DNA from: Armatimonadota bacterium
GTDB lineage: Bacteria > Armatimonadota > Zipacnadia > Zipacnadales > UBA5352
Reading direction: 5' to 3'
Assembly (NCBI GenBank): GCA_034722055.1
Contig: JAYENL010000130.1
Location: 1-64,000, forward strand
DNA length: 64,000 nt
The position numbers and the translations under genes are program-made. Shown here piece after piece: positions 39,706-48,275 of the stretch (position 1 is the stretch's first letter; each line of letters starts with the position of its first letter). Under the pieces are notes generated by a model, which made no database searches, had not been told where the DNA came from, and was given only the letters and a program-made list of their open reading frames with translations.

Positions 39706-40233
39706 TCAGGCCGCATCCTCGCCGCGCTCGTCGGCGAGGGCCTGAAGCGTGAACACCAGGTCCGACACTACGGCGTTGAGCGTGAACACCAGACCGCTCA
39801 CAGGCCCGGCGAATGCGCCCACGACCTCGGCCATGAGCTGATCGGCCGTCGGCACCTTCGCAAGCTGCTCGATCTCCTCGGGGGCCAGCCGCCGCCCCTC
39901 CACCACCCCCGCCTTCACGGGCGGCTGCTCGTGCTCCTCGGCGAAATCCGTGAGGACCTTCAGCGGCTCGATGGGGTCCTCCCCGCAGTACGTCAGCGCG
40001 TTGGGCCCTGTCAGCAGCTCCCTCAGGCATTCGTAGTCCGTTCCCTCGATCGCGATCATCAGCAGGCGGTTCTTGATCACCTGCATCTCGCCGCCCGCAT
40101 CGATGAGCTGGCCTCGCAGCTCGTTGGCCTCAGCCACGGTCAGGCCCTCGAAGGACGTCAGATAGACGCTCTGGGCCTCCCGGAGACGCTCCCGCATCTC
40201 CCGGACCATCTGCTTCTTCGCCTCAGTGGGAAT
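39706..40233 (-). CDS. rplJ: 50S ribosomal protein L10 (probable ATT start)
   Basis: [33 protein letters not shown] 6 nt before ATT. Confidence 0.92.
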   Translation of the reverse strand: MPTEAKKQMVREMRERLREAQSVYLTSFEGLTVAEANELRGQLIDAGGEMQVIKNRLLMIAIEGTDYECLRELLTGPNALTYCGEDPIEPLKVLTDFAEEHEQPPVKAGVVEGRRLAPEEIEQLAKVPTADQLMAEVVGAFAGPVSGLVFTLNAVVSDLVFTLQALADERGEDAA

Positions 40234-40326
40234 CTCGTTCACCTCCTCGGCCCGGTGCCCGCCAACGCCAAGCGGGAGCGCCCAGGACAGGACGCTCCCG
40301 CGAAAGCACAAAGCTCACTTGGTCGC

Positions 40327-40396
40327 TCCTGGCCTCGGCAGGCGGAGCGTGCAGCTCCATTACGCCCCGGAGGGCACCGGCTGTCTTCAGCCTGGA
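40327..40396 (-). promoter_or_regulatory. L10 leader (rplJL autoregulatory RNA)
   Basis: GAAGACAGCCGG...TAAT...CCTGCCGAGG pattern between rplA and rplJ. Confidence 0.75.
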
Positions 40397-40427
40397 CTGA
40401 CGCGTTCGATTGTGTGCAGGCAGCGCC

Positions 40428-41132
40428 TCAGGCGGCGCGCCGGCTGACGACGTCGGAGACCAGCACCTTCACCCCCGGGCCCATGGTGGCGGAGAGAGTG
40501 ATGCTCTTGATGTAGCGGCCGGAGAAGGACGCCGGCCGGGCCGCCACCACGGCCTCAATCAGGGTCTCGAAGTTCTCGCGAAGCTGCTCCTTGTCGAAGG
40601 AGGCCAGGCCCAGCGGGACGTGCAGGACGGCGCCGCGGTCCATCTTGAATTCCACCTTCCCGGCCTTCAACGACTCCACCGCACTGCCCACGTCCTCGGT
40701 GATGTTCCCGGCCTTCTTGGAGGGCATCCTAGGGCCGAGCTGCTTGCCCAGCGGTCCCACGATGCGCATCATCTGCGGCTGGGCCACCAGCACGTCGAAC
40801 TCGTCCCAGCCATTGCGTATGTCCTCCACCAGGTCCTCATCGCCGACGCGGTCGGCGCCTGCGGCCTCCGCCTCGCGGACCGCCTCCCCCTCAGCGAAGA
40901 CGGCCACCCGGGGGACCTTGCCGGTCCCGTGCGGCAGCACCACCGTGCCGCGCACGTTCTCGTCGCCCCTGCCGGCGGCCACCCCCAGCTTGATGGCGCA
41001 GTCCACGGTCTCGTCGAAGTCCGCCGTCGCGGTCTCCTTCACCAGGTCCAGGGCCTCGTCCAGCGGGTAGTAGCGCTGGACATCCACCCTCTCCCTGGCC
41101 TCCTCGTATCGCCTGCTGTTGTTCCTGGCCAT
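40428..41132 (-). CDS. rplA: 50S ribosomal protein L1
   Basis: FDETVD, VRGTVVLPHGTGK, LGPRMP, TMGPG. Confidence 0.97.
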   Translation of the reverse strand: MARNNSRRYEEARERVDVQRYYPLDEALDLVKETATADFDETVDCAIKLGVAAGRGDENVRGTVVLPHGTGKVPRVAVFAEGEAVREAEAAGADRVGDEDLVEDIRNGWDEFDVLVAQPQMMRIVGPLGKQLGPRMPSKKAGNITEDVGSAVESLKAGKVEFKMDRGAVLHVPLGLASFDKEQLRENFETLIEAVVAARPASFSGRYIKSITLSATMGPGVKVLVSDVVSRRAA

Positions 41133-41180
41133 GCGGCTCACCTCAGTGCGCCACGGATGCTGTCACGCCCGCGTACCGAG

Positions 41181-41765
41181 TCACTGCTCGTCCGCCTCCA
41201 CGGGCTCCTCGGCGCCCTCCTCCGCCACGGGCACCTCCTCCGCCACGGGTACCTCCTCCGCCACGGGTACCTCCTCCACCGCGGGCCTCTCGGTCACCAC
41301 GACGGTCTCCTCGGGAGCCACGTACTCGGTGTCCGTGGCCTCCTCCACCACCTTCAGGCCCATGCTGCGAGCGGTGCCCGCCACGATGCGGGAGGCGGCG
41401 TCCAGGTCCCGGGCGTTCAGGTCCTCCATCTTCGCCTCTGCGATCTCCCGCACCTGGTCCCAGGTCACCTCGCCCACGAACATCTTCCCCGCCTGGCCGC
41501 TGGCGGTCTGCAGCCCAGCGGCCTTCTTGAGCAGGCTCGACGCCGGCGGGCTCTTGCAGATGAAGTCGAAGCTCCGGTCCTGGTAGACCGTGATCTCCAC
41601 CGGAACGATGTCCCCCATCTGCTGGGCGGTCTCGGCGTTGAAGGCCTTGCAGAAGTCCATGATGTTCAGACCGTGCTGGCCCAACGCAGGTCCAACCGGC
41701 GGCGCGGGCGTGGCCTTCCCCGCTGGAACCTGCAGCTTGATGATCGTCATTACCTTCTTTGCCAT
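41181..41765 (-). CDS. rplK: 50S ribosomal protein L11 with acidic C-terminal extension
   Basis: [31 protein letters not shown]. Confidence 0.97.
   Translation of the reverse strand: MAKKVMTIIKLQVPAGKATPAPPVGPALGQHGLNIMDFCKAFNAETAQQMGDIVPVEITVYQDRSFDFICKSPPASSLLKKAAGLQTASGQAGKMFVGEVTWDQVREIAEAKMEDLNARDLDAASRIVAGTARSMGLKVVEEATDTEYVAPEETVVVTERPAVEEVPVAEEVPVAEEVPVAEEGAEEPVEADEQ
41217..41277 (-). repeat. 18-bp tandem repeat x3 (EEVPVA) inside the rplK tail
   Basis: CTCCTCCGCCACGGGYAC at 41217, 41235 and 41253. Confidence 0.9.
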
Positions 41766-41804
41766 GTCGGGTGCTCCTCATACCGCCGCCATCCGGCGCA
41801 CCGG

Positions 41805-42329
41805 TTACAGCTTCTCCACCTGCGTGAAGTCCAGCTCCACAGGCGTGTCGCGGCCGAAGATGGAGATGAGAACCTTCAGCGTCTCTCGCTCGGGATTGAC
41901 CTCGATGATCTTCCCGGTGAACTCGCTGAACGGCCCCTCGGTGACGCGCAGGCTCTGGCCCACCGACCACACGCTCTTGGGCTTCTGGCTCTCCTCCCCC
42001 ACGACCTCCAGGATGTTCTTCACCTCGTCGGGCCGCAGCGGGACGGGCTCATTGGACGAGCCCACGAAGTGGGTCACCCCGTTGGTCTGGGTGATGAGCT
42101 GGCGCATCTCATCGGTCGCGTCCAGCTCGATGAGCACGTAGCCGGGGTACAGCTTGCGCTTGACCTCCCGCCGCTGGCCCCCGGACGACCGAATCTCGGT
42201 CTCCGTGGGGACCAGGATGCGGCCCAGCAGGTGTGAGAGGTCCTTGGCAGCAGCCATCTTCTCGATGCTGGCCTTGACCCTGTTCTCCTTGCCTGTCAGC
42301 GTGTGAACGACATACCACTGCTTGGCCAT
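41805..42329 (-). CDS. nusG: Transcription termination/antitermination factor NusG
   Basis: WYVVHT, YPGYVLIE, GPF..FTG, IFGRDTPVELDF. Confidence 0.97.
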   Translation of the reverse strand: MAKQWYVVHTLTGKENRVKASIEKMAAAKDLSHLLGRILVPTETEIRSSGGQRREVKRKLYPGYVLIELDATDEMRQLITQTNGVTHFVGSSNEPVPLRPDEVKNILEVVGEESQKPKSVWSVGQSLRVTEGPFSEFTGKIIEVNPERETLKVLISIFGRDTPVELDFTQVEKL

Positions 42330-42357
42330 GAGCCCTGCCTCTGCGTGATGCGCCTCA

Positions 42358-42570
42358 CTATTCGTAGAGGCGCATTGCCCCTACGATTTGCGTGAAGATC
42401 AGGTCCAACAGCCCCATCCAGGCGGCCACGATGGCCACGGCCACGATGACCACGCCGGTGAAGGCGTAGGTCTCCTCGTGGCTGGGCCACACCACCCGCT
42501 GCAGCTCCATCCAGACGTCCTTGAGGAAGCTGGCAACCGACTGGAATGGGCGCTTGATGCGATCTATCAT
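42358..42570 (-). CDS. secE: Preprotein translocase subunit SecE
   Basis: ELQRVVWPS plus single TM; position before nusG. Confidence 0.93.
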   Translation of the reverse strand: MIDRIKRPFQSVASFLKDVWMELQRVVWPSHEETYAFTGVVIVAVAIVAAWMGLLDLIFTQIVGAMRLYE

Positions 42571-42723
42571 TCAGAACCTTTCCTGGCGGTGCCCCGCAGC
42601 AGGGTCGCTTAGGCCGCCGCGCACTCCCCGCCCCAGGAGGCGAACGACGGGCGCCACTCAGCGCGCCCGCGTCGTGCTCGGCGTCCCGGGTTGTCCATGC
42701 TGCGGGCACCTGAATCGGCTGGC

Positions 42724-42800
42724 TGGCAGGGGCAGCGGGACTCGAACCCACAACCGCCGGTTTTGGAGACCGGTGCTCTGCCAAATTGAGCTATGCCCCT
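42724..42800 (-). tRNA. tRNA-Trp(CCA)
   Basis: Cloverleaf, anticodon arm CCGGT-CTCCAAA-ACCGG, GGTTCGA T-loop, encoded CCA. Confidence 0.96.
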
Positions 42801-42831
42801 GCCCACGACTTCTGGGGCGAATGCGACTGTG

Positions 42832-42993
42832 CTATCTGCGCAGCCGCGTCTCCTCGTGCTCCGTATGCTTGCGGCAATGCGGGCAGTGCTTACGCAGCGT
42901 CAGCGTATCAGGGCTGTTCTGACGGTTCTTCTGCGTGTAGTAGTTGTGTTCGCCGCACTCGCTGCAGCGAAGGATTATCTTCGTTGCCGGCAT
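42832..42993 (-). CDS. rpmG: 50S ribosomal protein L33 (Zn-binding C+ form; absent from ORF track)
   Basis: Hand translation [53 protein letters not shown]. Confidence 0.93.
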   Translation of the reverse strand: MPATKIILRCSECGEHNYYTQKNRQNSPDTLTLRKHCPHCRKHTEHEETRLRR

Positions 42994-43010
42994 CTGTCAC
43001 ATCCGCCCCA

Positions 43011-44213
43011 TTACTCGACGACCTCGGTTACGACACCGGCGCCCACCGTCAGGCCACCCTCGCGGATCGCGAAGCGAACGCCCTCCTCCATCGCAATCGG
43101 CTGGATGAGCTCCACGGTCATATTGACGTTGTCGCCGGGCATGACCATCTCAGTGCCCTCCGGCAGCGTCACGTCGCCGGTGACGTCGGTGGTGCGGAAG
43201 TAGAACTGCGGCCGATAGCCGGTGAAGAACGGCTTGTGCCGGCCGCCCTCGGACTGGGTCAGCACGTAGACCTCGCCCTGGAACTTCGTGTGGGGCGTGA
43301 TGGTGGCGGGGGCGGCAACCACCTGGCCGCGCTCGATCTCATCACGCTCGATGCCTCGCAGCAGCACGCCGATGTTGTCGCCGGCGCGCCCCTCGTCGAG
43401 GGTCTTGCGGAACATCTCCACACCGGTCACAACCGACGTCTGCGTCTCCCGCAGGCCCACGATCTCCACCTCGTCGCCGGTCACCACTCTCCCGCGCTCC
43501 ACCCGGCCGGTGGCAACCGTGCCGCGGCCGGAGATGCTGAAGACATCCTCCACCGGCATCAGGAACGGCTGGTCGATGGGCCGCTGCGGGGTGGGGATGT
43601 ACTCGTCCACGGCGTCGAGCAGCTCGAATATGGGGCCGCACTTCTCGCAGTCCCGGCCGCCGCAGCCGCACTCCATGGCCTCCAGCGCTGAGCCGGAGAT
43701 CACCGGCGTGTCGTCGCCGGGGAACTCATAGCTGTCCAGCAGCTCCCGCACCTCAAGCTCCACCAGCTCCAGCAGCTCCGGGTCGGCGATGTCAACCTTG
43801 TTGAGGAACACCACCATGGCCGGAACGTCAACCTGGCGGGCCAGCAGAACGTGCTCGTTGGTCTGCGGCATGGGGCCGTCGGTCGCCGCCACCACCAGGA
43901 TGGAGCCGTCCATCTGCGCCGCGCCAGTGATCATGTTCTTGATGTAGTCCCTGTGGCCGGGGCAGTCCACGTGAGCGTAGTGGCGATTCTTCGTCTCGTA
44001 CTCAGCGTGGAAGGTCGCGATGGTCAGGCCACGCTCCCGCTCCTCCGGAGCGGCGTCGATCTGGTCGAACTCCAGCGGATCAGCCCAGCCCTCGTCGCTG
44101 TTGGACAGGCACTTGGTGATCGCTGAGGTCAGCGTTGTCTTGCCGTGATCGACGTGACCGATGGTCCCGACATTGACGTGCGGCTTGGTCCTCTCGAACT
44201 GCTCCCTCGCCAT
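43011..44213 (-). CDS. tuf: Elongation factor Tu
   Basis: [46 protein letters not shown]. Confidence 0.99.
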   Translation of the reverse strand: MAREQFERTKPHVNVGTIGHVDHGKTTLTSAITKCLSNSDEGWADPLEFDQIDAAPEERERGLTIATFHAEYETKNRHYAHVDCPGHRDYIKNMITGAAQMDGSILVVAATDGPMPQTNEHVLLARQVDVPAMVVFLNKVDIADPELLELVELEVRELLDSYEFPGDDTPVISGSALEAMECGCGGRDCEKCGPIFELLDAVDEYIPTPQRPIDQPFLMPVEDVFSISGRGTVATGRVERGRVVTGDEVEIVGLRETQTSVVTGVEMFRKTLDEGRAGDNIGVLLRGIERDEIERGQVVAAPATITPHTKFQGEVYVLTQSEGGRHKPFFTGYRPQFYFRTTDVTGDVTLPEGTEMVMPGDNVNMTVELIQPIAMEEGVRFAIREGGLTVGAGVVTEVVE

Positions 44214-44333
44214 GGTACTTCCTGCCTCCTAGCACCCTCACGCTGCCCAGCAAATCCGGGCAGTGGCCGGCGGGCGCCGGCCGGTCCGGTGGTTGAACAT
44301 GCACCCGGATGTCACCGGGCCGCTACAAAGCTC

Positions 44334-44408
44334 TGGAGCCCACGACGGGACTTGAACCCGTGACCTTGTCCTTACCAAGGACACGCTCTACCACTGAGCT
44401 ACGTGGGC
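44334..44408 (-). tRNA. tRNA-Thr(GGT)
   Basis: Anticodon arm TGTCC-TTGGTAA-GGACA, CCA end. Confidence 0.96.
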
Positions 44409-44418
44409 GACGTCTCTA

Positions 44419-44504
44419 TGGTGGAGGGGGGAGGATTCGAACCCCCGAAGGCATTCGCCGGCAGATTTACAGTCTGCTCCCTTTGGCCGCTCGGGCACCC
44501 CTCC
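44419..44504 (-). tRNA. tRNA-Tyr(GTA)
   Basis: Anticodon arm GCAGA-CTGTAAA-TCTGC, long variable arm, CCA end. Confidence 0.96.
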
Positions 44505-44562
44505 ACCGATCACCTGCTGTCACACGTCCATCCTGCGGCCGTCGCCGCAGCTCACTATCTTC

Positions 44563-44637
44563 TGGAGCCGGCGGCCCGATTCGAACGGACGACCTGCTCA
44601 TTACAAGTGAGCTGCTCTACCGCTGAGCTACGCCGGC
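44563..44637 (-). tRNA. tRNA-Thr(TGT)
   Basis: Anticodon arm GCTCA-CTTGTAA-TGAGC, CCA end. Confidence 0.96.
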
Positions 44638-44678
44638 TCTATGGCGCGCCCACCGAGGCTCACCCCGGCGGGCGCATT

Positions 44679-44707
44679 ATCATACATGACGGCCGCTCCG
44701 CTGTCGA
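44679..44707 (-). promoter_or_regulatory. Sigma70-type promoter of the tRNA-tuf operon
   Basis: TCGACA-N17-TATGAT, about 40 nt upstream of tRNA-Thr(TGT). Confidence 0.55.
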
Positions 44708-44722
44708 GTCTCTTTTCCCCCG

Positions 44723-45361
44723 CTACCCGGCGCCGAGCGCCACGTGCTCCTCCAGCTTCTTCTTCGCCCGCTGCAGGGCGTTATCCACCTGCTTGACGTT
44801 CGTTCCCAGGCCCTCGGCGATCTCCCGGTAGGAGTGGCCGTAGAGGTACTCCCGCAGTACCTCCCGCTCCAGATCCGACAGCGACCGGTCCATCTCCGTC
44901 CTGACCTTCCGCTGCAACTCCCTGCCGATCACAGCCGCTTCGGGGCTATCCGGCTCCTCGGAGACCAGGACCTCCTCCAGGACCCCCTCCTCCTCGCTAT
45001 CGGCGGGGGCGGCGTCCATCGACACGTAGGAGTTCAGGGCCTCGTGCTTCTGCCTGCTGGCGCACTTGACCGCGCTGATGATCTGCCTGGTGACGCACAG
45101 GGCCGCGAATTTCCGAAAGCCCCCGAACTTGTGCGCTGAGAAGTCCCGGATGGCCTTGAAGAGACCGATCATCCCCTCTTGAATGACGTCCTCTCGCTCG
45201 GCACCCATCAGGAAGTAACTCTTGGCCTTGGCCTCGACCAGGCCCTGGTACTTCCGCAGGAGGTATTCTGTCGCGTCTCCGCTGCCCTGCTTGGCGAGGG
45301 CGATGACCTCATCCTCCGCCATGCCCTTCAGCGGACGGCTGGTCCTCACCGACCCCTGCAT
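44723..45361 (-). CDS. sigH: RNA polymerase sigma factor, SigH family
   Basis: YFLMGAEREDVIQEGMIGLFKAIRDF, LCVTRQIISAVK..RQKH.LNSYVS, VDNALQR.KKK. Confidence 0.9.
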   Translation of the reverse strand: MQGSVRTSRPLKGMAEDEVIALAKQGSGDATEYLLRKYQGLVEAKAKSYFLMGAEREDVIQEGMIGLFKAIRDFSAHKFGGFRKFAALCVTRQIISAVKCASRQKHEALNSYVSMDAAPADSEEEGVLEEVLVSEEPDSPEAAVIGRELQRKVRTEMDRSLSDLEREVLREYLYGHSYREIAEGLGTNVKQVDNALQRAKKKLEEHVALGAG

Positions 45362-45551
45362 GCGACCCCACCTCCACGGGATGCGACTTCTCGTGTCTCC
45401 ACCTCATCGGCCCCCCTTTGCGGTCGCATTGCTGACCCGCCAGCCGTTACGGCGCGTCTCAGCGCGCCGTCCCGCACTGCCGGAGTCATCACGGTAAGCT
45501 CCATTCCAATGAGCGCTCGTGCGCGGATGTTCCGCGCTACGGTAGACAAAA

Positions 45552-45580
45552 AGTATACCGCACTTCCCGCCCGGAGTCAA
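45552..45580 (-). promoter_or_regulatory. Near-consensus sigma70 promoter for sigH
   Basis: TTGACT-N17-TATACT. Confidence 0.72.
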
Positions 45581-45595
45581 ACTCACCATGTCGCG

Positions 45596-45829
45596 TCAAT
45601 GACTGTAGTACCAGATGACGGTGCCAACCGAGACCGAGACGATCCAGGCGATGGCGAAGTACTTGGTCAGCCGCGCCAGCAGCTCCTCACGCGTCCCCTT
45701 CCGGAACTGGCTGGCGTCGGTCCCTCCCATCGCCGCGGAGAAGCTCTCGGCCTTCGACGTCTGCAGCACGACGGATACGATGAGCCCCAGTGCCGTGACC
45801 GCGGATGTGACCTCAAGAGCGAGTAGCAT
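45596..45829 (-). CDS. secG: Preprotein translocase subunit SecG
   Basis: VVLQTSK..AMGG..FRKG.E.LL.RLT, two TMs, 77 aa. Confidence 0.85.
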   Translation of the reverse strand: MLLALEVTSAVTALGLIVSVVLQTSKAESFSAAMGGTDASQFRKGTREELLARLTKYFAIAWIVSVSVGTVIWYYSH

Positions 45830-45859
45830 GGCTGTACTCGACCTCTCACGTAAGGGCGT

Positions 45860-46786
45860 TCAGTTCGTCGGCGCCTCGACCAGCGCGAGGCGCGTCGCGA
45901 TCCACTCCACCACCCGCTGCAGCGTCTCCGGCGGCATGCCCACGTGGCCGCCCTCGTACCAGAGGACCTCCTTGGGCTGCCGCGCCGCCTCATGCAGCGC
46001 TTCAGCGGCCTGCGGGGGGATGACGCGATCCTGCGTGCCGTTGACCATGAGCACAGGGCGAGGGCTGATATGGCCGACGAAGTGCACCGGGTCCATCTGT
46101 CCCAGCGACCTGTCGCGGGACAGCCCCGCGTCGCGCAGGGCGGCCGCCGCGGGGTGCTCGGAGGACTCCAGGATGGTCGTCCACCCCCCGCCTCCCACCA
46201 GGAGCGCCGCGGCGTCGATGCGCTCATCTACGGCCGCCACGATGGAGCCGAGGATCGCGCCCATGCTGGCTCCCACCAGCACCAGGCGATCCGCGTCCAG
46301 ATCGCCTCGTATATGAATGTAGTCGATCGCACGCCGGTTGTCAATCACGGTGCGGACCAGCGCCTGCGGGTCGGCAGCGAGCTGCCTGCCGATGCCCGGG
46401 CCCTCCACGGCCCGGTCGCCGTGCAGCGCCGCGTCGATCGCCACCACCGCCACCCCCTGCGGCGCCAACAGCATCGCCACCAGCCGGGCCTGTCCCTTAT
46501 CGCCGCCCAGCCCGTGCAGGAACAGCACCACCGGCGGCTCCTGAACCTCCGTCGGCCGCATGACCACCGCCGGCACCCGCTCCCCACCTGCGCCGGCGAA
46601 GGTTAGCTCCTCGACCCGGAAGGCGCCCAGGTCGCGGACCTGTCCGGCCGAGATCTCCAGCGGCGCCTCGGCGTCATAATCATAGACGGCGCGCAGCGAC
46701 TGCCAGTCGTCAGCAGTCTGCGCCGATGCCGTTGCGCCTGCAAGCAGGAGCAGTCCGACCAGAAAACAGGTCGCAGTTCGCCTCAT
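45860..46786 (-). CDS. Secreted alpha/beta hydrolase
   Basis: Signal peptide, LHGLGG, GASMG nucleophile, D..VIP, GGH. Confidence 0.88.
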   Translation of the reverse strand: MRRTATCFLVGLLLLAGATASAQTADDWQSLRAVYDYDAEAPLEISAGQVRDLGAFRVEELTFAGAGGERVPAVVMRPTEVQEPPVVLFLHGLGGDKGQARLVAMLLAPQGVAVVAIDAALHGDRAVEGPGIGRQLAADPQALVRTVIDNRRAIDYIHIRGDLDADRLVLVGASMGAILGSIVAAVDERIDAAALLVGGGGWTTILESSEHPAAAALRDAGLSRDRSLGQMDPVHFVGHISPRPVLMVNGTQDRVIPPQAAEALHEAARQPKEVLWYEGGHVGMPPETLQRVVEWIATRLALVEAPTN

Positions 46787-46854
46787 GGCGCCTCGCCGGA
46801 GCCGTATGCATCCAATGTAAGCTCCGGCGCCGGTCGGGCGCCGGAGTCACATAG

Positions 46855-46883
46855 AGTCTACACGATACGCCCGCGCCAGTCAA
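46855..46883 (-). promoter_or_regulatory. Sigma70-type promoter
   Basis: TTGACT-N17-TAGACT upstream of the hydrolase gene. Confidence 0.6.
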
Positions 46884-47009
46884 CCCGTCAATCGCTGATC
46901 GCCGGGCGCCGGGATGCCGACTCCAGGTGTCTGCGCAACGACGGAGGCAGACGACCGGCGGGTCTAAAGACGCCGCCGCTCCCGACGACGGCGGGTGCCT
47001 TCGCCCGCC

Positions 47010-48104
47010 CTACTCCTCATAGAACCACTCCACGCCAATGCGGGCGACGTGCAGGCCGTCGCGCTGGTGGTAGCTGAGGATCACCATGTCATCGACGAAG
47101 TCCACGCTCTGGTAGCCATAGTCGCCGTCGGGCTCGCCGAAGAGGACGCGCTCGTGCTCCCAGGTCTCGCCCTCGTCGGTGGAGATGGCGGAGACCAGTG
47201 GCGTCCGCGCGCGCTCGCCCTGCCCCAGCCCCCGGCAGCGGATCAGCAGCAGGTCGCCGGTGCTGGGGATGCGATCGACGGTGATGGCCGAGGCGCGCGG
47301 GGTCATGGGCACGTCCTCCAGGGCCTCCGGCTCCGACCAAGTCTGGCCGCGGTCGTCGGAGTAGGACCTGCCGCAGAAGCCGCTGTAGGTGCGGAACATC
47401 ATCATCAGCCGGCCGTCGCGCAGCTCCACCACGTGCGGCTCCTGCACCTCGTAGTTGGCCTTGACGATGCTGGAGCTCATCCGCCACGCGTAGCCGTTGT
47501 TGTCGGAGTAGTAGGCGGTCGCCACGTAGTTCCGATGGCTGCCCTTCTCGGCGCCCGGCGAGAACTCGGCAGGGGCGATGATGCGCCCGTCCGACAGCAG
47601 CACCAGCTTGTCGTTGTGCACCAGCATGCGCTCGGGGTGGGGGGTGACGATGAACTGGTCGCTCCAGGTCTCGCCGTCGTCATCGGAGCGCCGGTAGTAG
47701 GTGTGGCCGTAGCCGGGATCGACGCTCACGTCGTAGATGTAGGACATCAGCAGGTCGCCGTCCGGCAGCCTCAGGAAGCTGGGATGCGCGTAGCGGCCGT
47801 TCTCGGACGGCGGCCGGGGGTCGGGCAGCAGCGGATACTCCTCGCTCCACGTCTGGCCCCTGTCGTCGGAGGTCCGCGCCCAGATTCCTGTCTCCTTCCC
47901 GCCCGCGACGTAGCCGTAGCGGGTGTAGGCCAGCAGCAGGCGCCCGTCGGTCAGCTCGATGATATCTCCGGGCATCCCGCGGGGCCCATGCCAGGTCTCC
48001 GGCACGGGCACGATGAGCTGATCCTCAAACAGCGCCTCAGCGCAGGCTGCCACTGGCAACAGCAGCAGCATCGCCCCGATGAACTCGGTGGTGCTCACGG
48101 TCAT
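47010..48104 (-). CDS. Sialidase-like BNR/Asp-box repeat protein
   Basis: Repeated SDDxGxTW Asp boxes, signal peptide. Confidence 0.88.
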   Translation of the reverse strand: MTVSTTEFIGAMLLLLPVAACAEALFEDQLIVPVPETWHGPRGMPGDIIELTDGRLLLAYTRYGYVAGGKETGIWARTSDDRGQTWSEEYPLLPDPRPPSENGRYAHPSFLRLPDGDLLMSYIYDVSVDPGYGHTYYRRSDDDGETWSDQFIVTPHPERMLVHNDKLVLLSDGRIIAPAEFSPGAEKGSHRNYVATAYYSDNNGYAWRMSSSIVKANYEVQEPHVVELRDGRLMMMFRTYSGFCGRSYSDDRGQTWSEPEALEDVPMTPRASAITVDRIPSTGDLLLIRCRGLGQGERARTPLVSAISTDEGETWEHERVLFGEPDGDYGYQSVDFVDDMVILSYHQRDGLHVARIGVEWFYEE

Positions 48105-48275
48105 CGCCTCCCTCTGGAGTGCTCAACGCGCGCACGGCGGCTGGGAACGGCCGGCAACGACCGTGAGCCGTTCCCCTCGCTGTGCGGGCCTCCGTCCGAT
48201 CCGCCGCTTGTCGCTGACGGCCAGCGTGTGCTAAGCTGCCAGCGACGGGTGCCATCTTCGCTCCCGAGGGATCGT

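Noticed and set aside
44505..44562. Degenerate tRNA between Thr(TGT) and Tyr
   Set aside because: Only 58 nt with a single hairpin; no T-loop or acceptor stem
46920..46985. GGTCTAA-containing stem region as a riboswitch
   Set aside because: Lies 3' of a gene and upstream of the predicted promoter on the opposite strand; remaining consensus is missing
46995..48275. N-terminal ~430 aa of the 947-aa ORF as a radical SAM fusion
   Set aside because: It is the antisense shadow of the sialidase-like gene; real start is near 48249-48276
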